A DNA stretch of 64,000 nt, taken from NCBI GenBank assembly GCA_964016885.1, contig OZ024740.1, forward strand, positions 439,952,001 to 440,016,000, given 5' to 3'. Position 1 is the stretch's first letter. Each line of letters starts with the position of its first letter. Position numbers and translations under genes: made by a program. Origin of the DNA: Eledone cirrhosa (Eukaryota). Positions 61,501 to 64,000 of this stretch are shown in pieces. Under the pieces are notes generated by a model. It did not search any database. It saw nothing but the letters and a program-made list of their open reading frames with translations, and was not told the origin of the DNA.

Positions 61501-64000
61501 ATAACACAACATGTGACATATATAATAACACCACATGTCTGACATCTATATAATAACACCACATGTCTGACATCTATATAATAACACCAGATGTCTAACA
61601 TCTATATAATAACACATGTATGACATCTATATAATATCACCACATGTGATGTCTATATAATAACACAACATGTCTGACATCTATATAATAACACGACATG
61701 TCTGACATCTATATAATAACACCAGATGTTTGACATCTATATAATAACACCACATGTCTGCCATCTATATAATAACACCACATCTCTGACATCTATATAA
61801 TAACACCACAAGTCTGACATCTATATAATAACACCACCTGTCTGACATCTATATAATAACACCACAAGTCTGACATCTATATAATAACACCAGAGGCCTG
61901 ACATCTATATAATAACACCACAAGTCTGACATATATATAATAACACCACAAGTCTGACATCTATATAATAACACCAGATGTCTGACATCTATATAATAAC
62001 ACCAGATGTCTGACATCAATATAATAACACCACATGTCTGCCATCTATATAATAACACCACATCTCTGACATCTATATAATAACACCACATGTCTGACAT
62101 CTATATAATAACACCACAAGTCTGACATCTATATAATAACACCACATGTCCTGACATCTATATAATAACACCACAAGTCTGACATCTATATAGTAACACC
62201 ACAAGTCTGAAATCTATACTATATTACCAGATGTCTGACATATATATAATAACACCACATGTCTGACATCTATATAATTACATCACAAATCTCACATCTA
62301 TATAATAACACCACAAGTCTGACATCTATACAATAATACCACATGTCTGACATCTATATAATAACACCAGATGTCTGACATCTATATAATAACACCACAA
62401 GTGACATCTATATAATAACACCACATGTCTGACATCTATATAATAACACCACAAGTCTGACATCTATATAATAACACCACATGTCTGACATCTATATAAT
62501 AACACCACATGTGACATATATATAATAACACCACATGTCTGACATCTATATAATAACACCACATGTCTGGCATCTATATAATAACACCACATGTCTGACG
62601 TCTATATAATAACAGCACATGACTGACATCTATATAATAGCATCACATGTCTGACATCTATACAATAACACCACATGTCTGACATCTATATAATAACACC
62701 ACAAGTCTGACATCTATATAATAACACCACAAGTCTGACATCTATATAATAACACCAGATGTCTGACATCTATATAATAACACCAGATGTCTGACATCAA
62801 TATAATAACACCACATGTCTGCCATCTATATAATAACACCACATCTCTGACATCTATATAATAACACCACATGTCTGACATCTATATAATAACACCACAA
62901 GTCTGACATCTATATAATAACACCACATGTCCTGACATCTATATAATAACACCACAAGTCTGACATCTATATAGTAACACCACAAGTCTGACATATATAC
63001 TATATTACCAGATGTCTGACATATATATAATAACACCACATGTCTGACATGTATATAATTACATCACAAATCTCACATCTATATAATAACACCACAAGTC
63101 TGACATCTATACAATAATACCACATGTCTGACATCTATATAATAACACCAGATGTCTGACATCTATATAATAACACCACAAGTGACATCTATATAATAAC
63201 ACCACATGTCTGACATCTATATAATAACACCACAAGTCTGACATCTATATAATAACACCACATGTCTGACATCTATATAATAACATCACATGTGTGAAAT
63301 CTATATAATAACACCACATGTCTGACATCAATCTAATAACACCACAAGTCTGACATCTATATAATAACACCACAAGTCTGACATCGATATAATAATACCA
63401 TATGTCTGACATCTATATAATAACACCACATCTCTGACATCTATATAATAACACCACAAGTCTGACATCTATATAATAACACCACATGTCTGACATCTAT
63501 ATAATAACACCACAAGTCTGACGTCTATATAATAACACCAGAGGCCTGACATCTATATAATAACACAACATGTCTGACATCTATATAATAACACCATATG
63601 TCTGACATCTATATAATAACACCATAAGTCTGACATCTATTTAATAACACCACAAGTCTGACATCTATACAATAATACCACATGTCTGACATCTATATAA
63701 TAACACCAGATGTCTGACATCTATATAATAACACAACATGTGACATATATAATAACACCACATGTCTGACATCTATATAATAACACCACATGTCTGACAT
63801 CTATATAATAACACCAGATGTCTAACATCTATATAATAACACATGTATGACATCTATATAATATCACCACATGTGACGTCTATATAATAACACAACATGT
63901 CTGACATCTATATAATAACACGACATGTCTGACATCTATATAATAACACCAGATGTTTGACATCTATATAATAACACCACATGTCTGCCATCTATATAAT
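45300..64000. repeat. Right variant domain of the satellite, with a distinct set of diagnostic monomers
   Basis: New recurrent variants appear: ACATCGATAT (first about 46180), CCAGAGGCCTG (first about 47475), ACATCAAT, AAATCTCAC, GTCCTGAC (+1 bp), ATACTATATTACC and frequent GACGTC. Left-type blocks reappear at about 48.2-49.6 kb. Confidence 0.85.
56260..64000. repeat. HOR with a 2780-bp unit (about 100 monomers): two full copies plus a third with a 553-bp internal deletion
   Basis: The ORF track repeats at 56289/59069/61849 (offset 2780) and at 57847/60627 (2780), then 62854 (offset 2227). The variant order matches between copies. Confidence 0.9.

Larger units (their letters stand above)
1..64000. 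repeat. Tandem satellite array, 28-bp monomer (ACATCTATATAATAACACCACATGTCTG), about 2,300 head-to-tail copies, extending beyond both window ends
   Basis: Monomer starts recur 28 bp apart (e.g. ACATCT at 781 and 809). Every line consists of this unit with 0-3 substitutions or 1-3 bp indels. I saw no unique spacer and no orientation switch. Confidence 0.99.

Noticed and set aside
27630-63039. Nine minus-strand ORFs (60-83 aa) with Cys/CxxC-like content (RCQTC)
   Set aside because: They are direct translations of the 28-bp repeat, open only where a variant removes the TAG. They recur at HOR periods and are surrounded by frameshifting indels. The CxxC is a repeat artefact, not evidence of a zinc finger.
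1-64000. CRISPR array (28-bp, partly palindromic repeat)
   Set aside because: Repeats are directly adjacent with no unique spacers, and there is no leader or cas gene.
1-64000. TATA box (TATATAA), E-box (CACATG) and Smad (GTCT) motifs in each monomer as promoters or enhancers
   Set aside because: These short motifs are expected by chance in an AT-rich unit. There is no gene or functional context in the window.
1-64000. Embedded transposon, rDNA/tRNA, unique island or inversion
   Set aside because: Reading through the window I found no non-repeat segment and no reverse-complement monomer run.
1-64000. Assignment to a named satellite family or organism (e.g. alpha satellite, CENP-B box)
   Set aside because: The monomer length and sequence do not match families I can recognise, and no CENP-B box is visible. 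A database search is required.

Overview
The whole 64-kb window is one uninterrupted head-to-tail tandem array (satellite/minisatellite DNA) of a 28-bp monomer, consensus ACATCTATATAATAACACCACATGTCTG (+ strand; 11 A, 8 T, 7 C, 2 G; about 32% GC). This gives roughly 2,300 copies, all in one orientation, and the array continues past both edges. I find no credible gene, RNA gene, mobile element or CRISPR array; the listed ORFs are translations of the repeat. The information lies in the order of monomer variants. These form a nested higher-order-repeat (HOR) structure, with periods I measured from diagnostic variants: 224, 250/500, 803, 2084, 2780, 3034/3062/3088, 3394 and about 4300 bp. A left variant domain (about 1-45.3 kb) gives way to a right variant domain (about 45.3-64 kb), and a 4.3-kb tandem duplication spans the boundary. 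The host is probably a eukaryote (inference), but neither organism nor function can be determined from this sequence. All periods were read by eye and boundaries are approximate.
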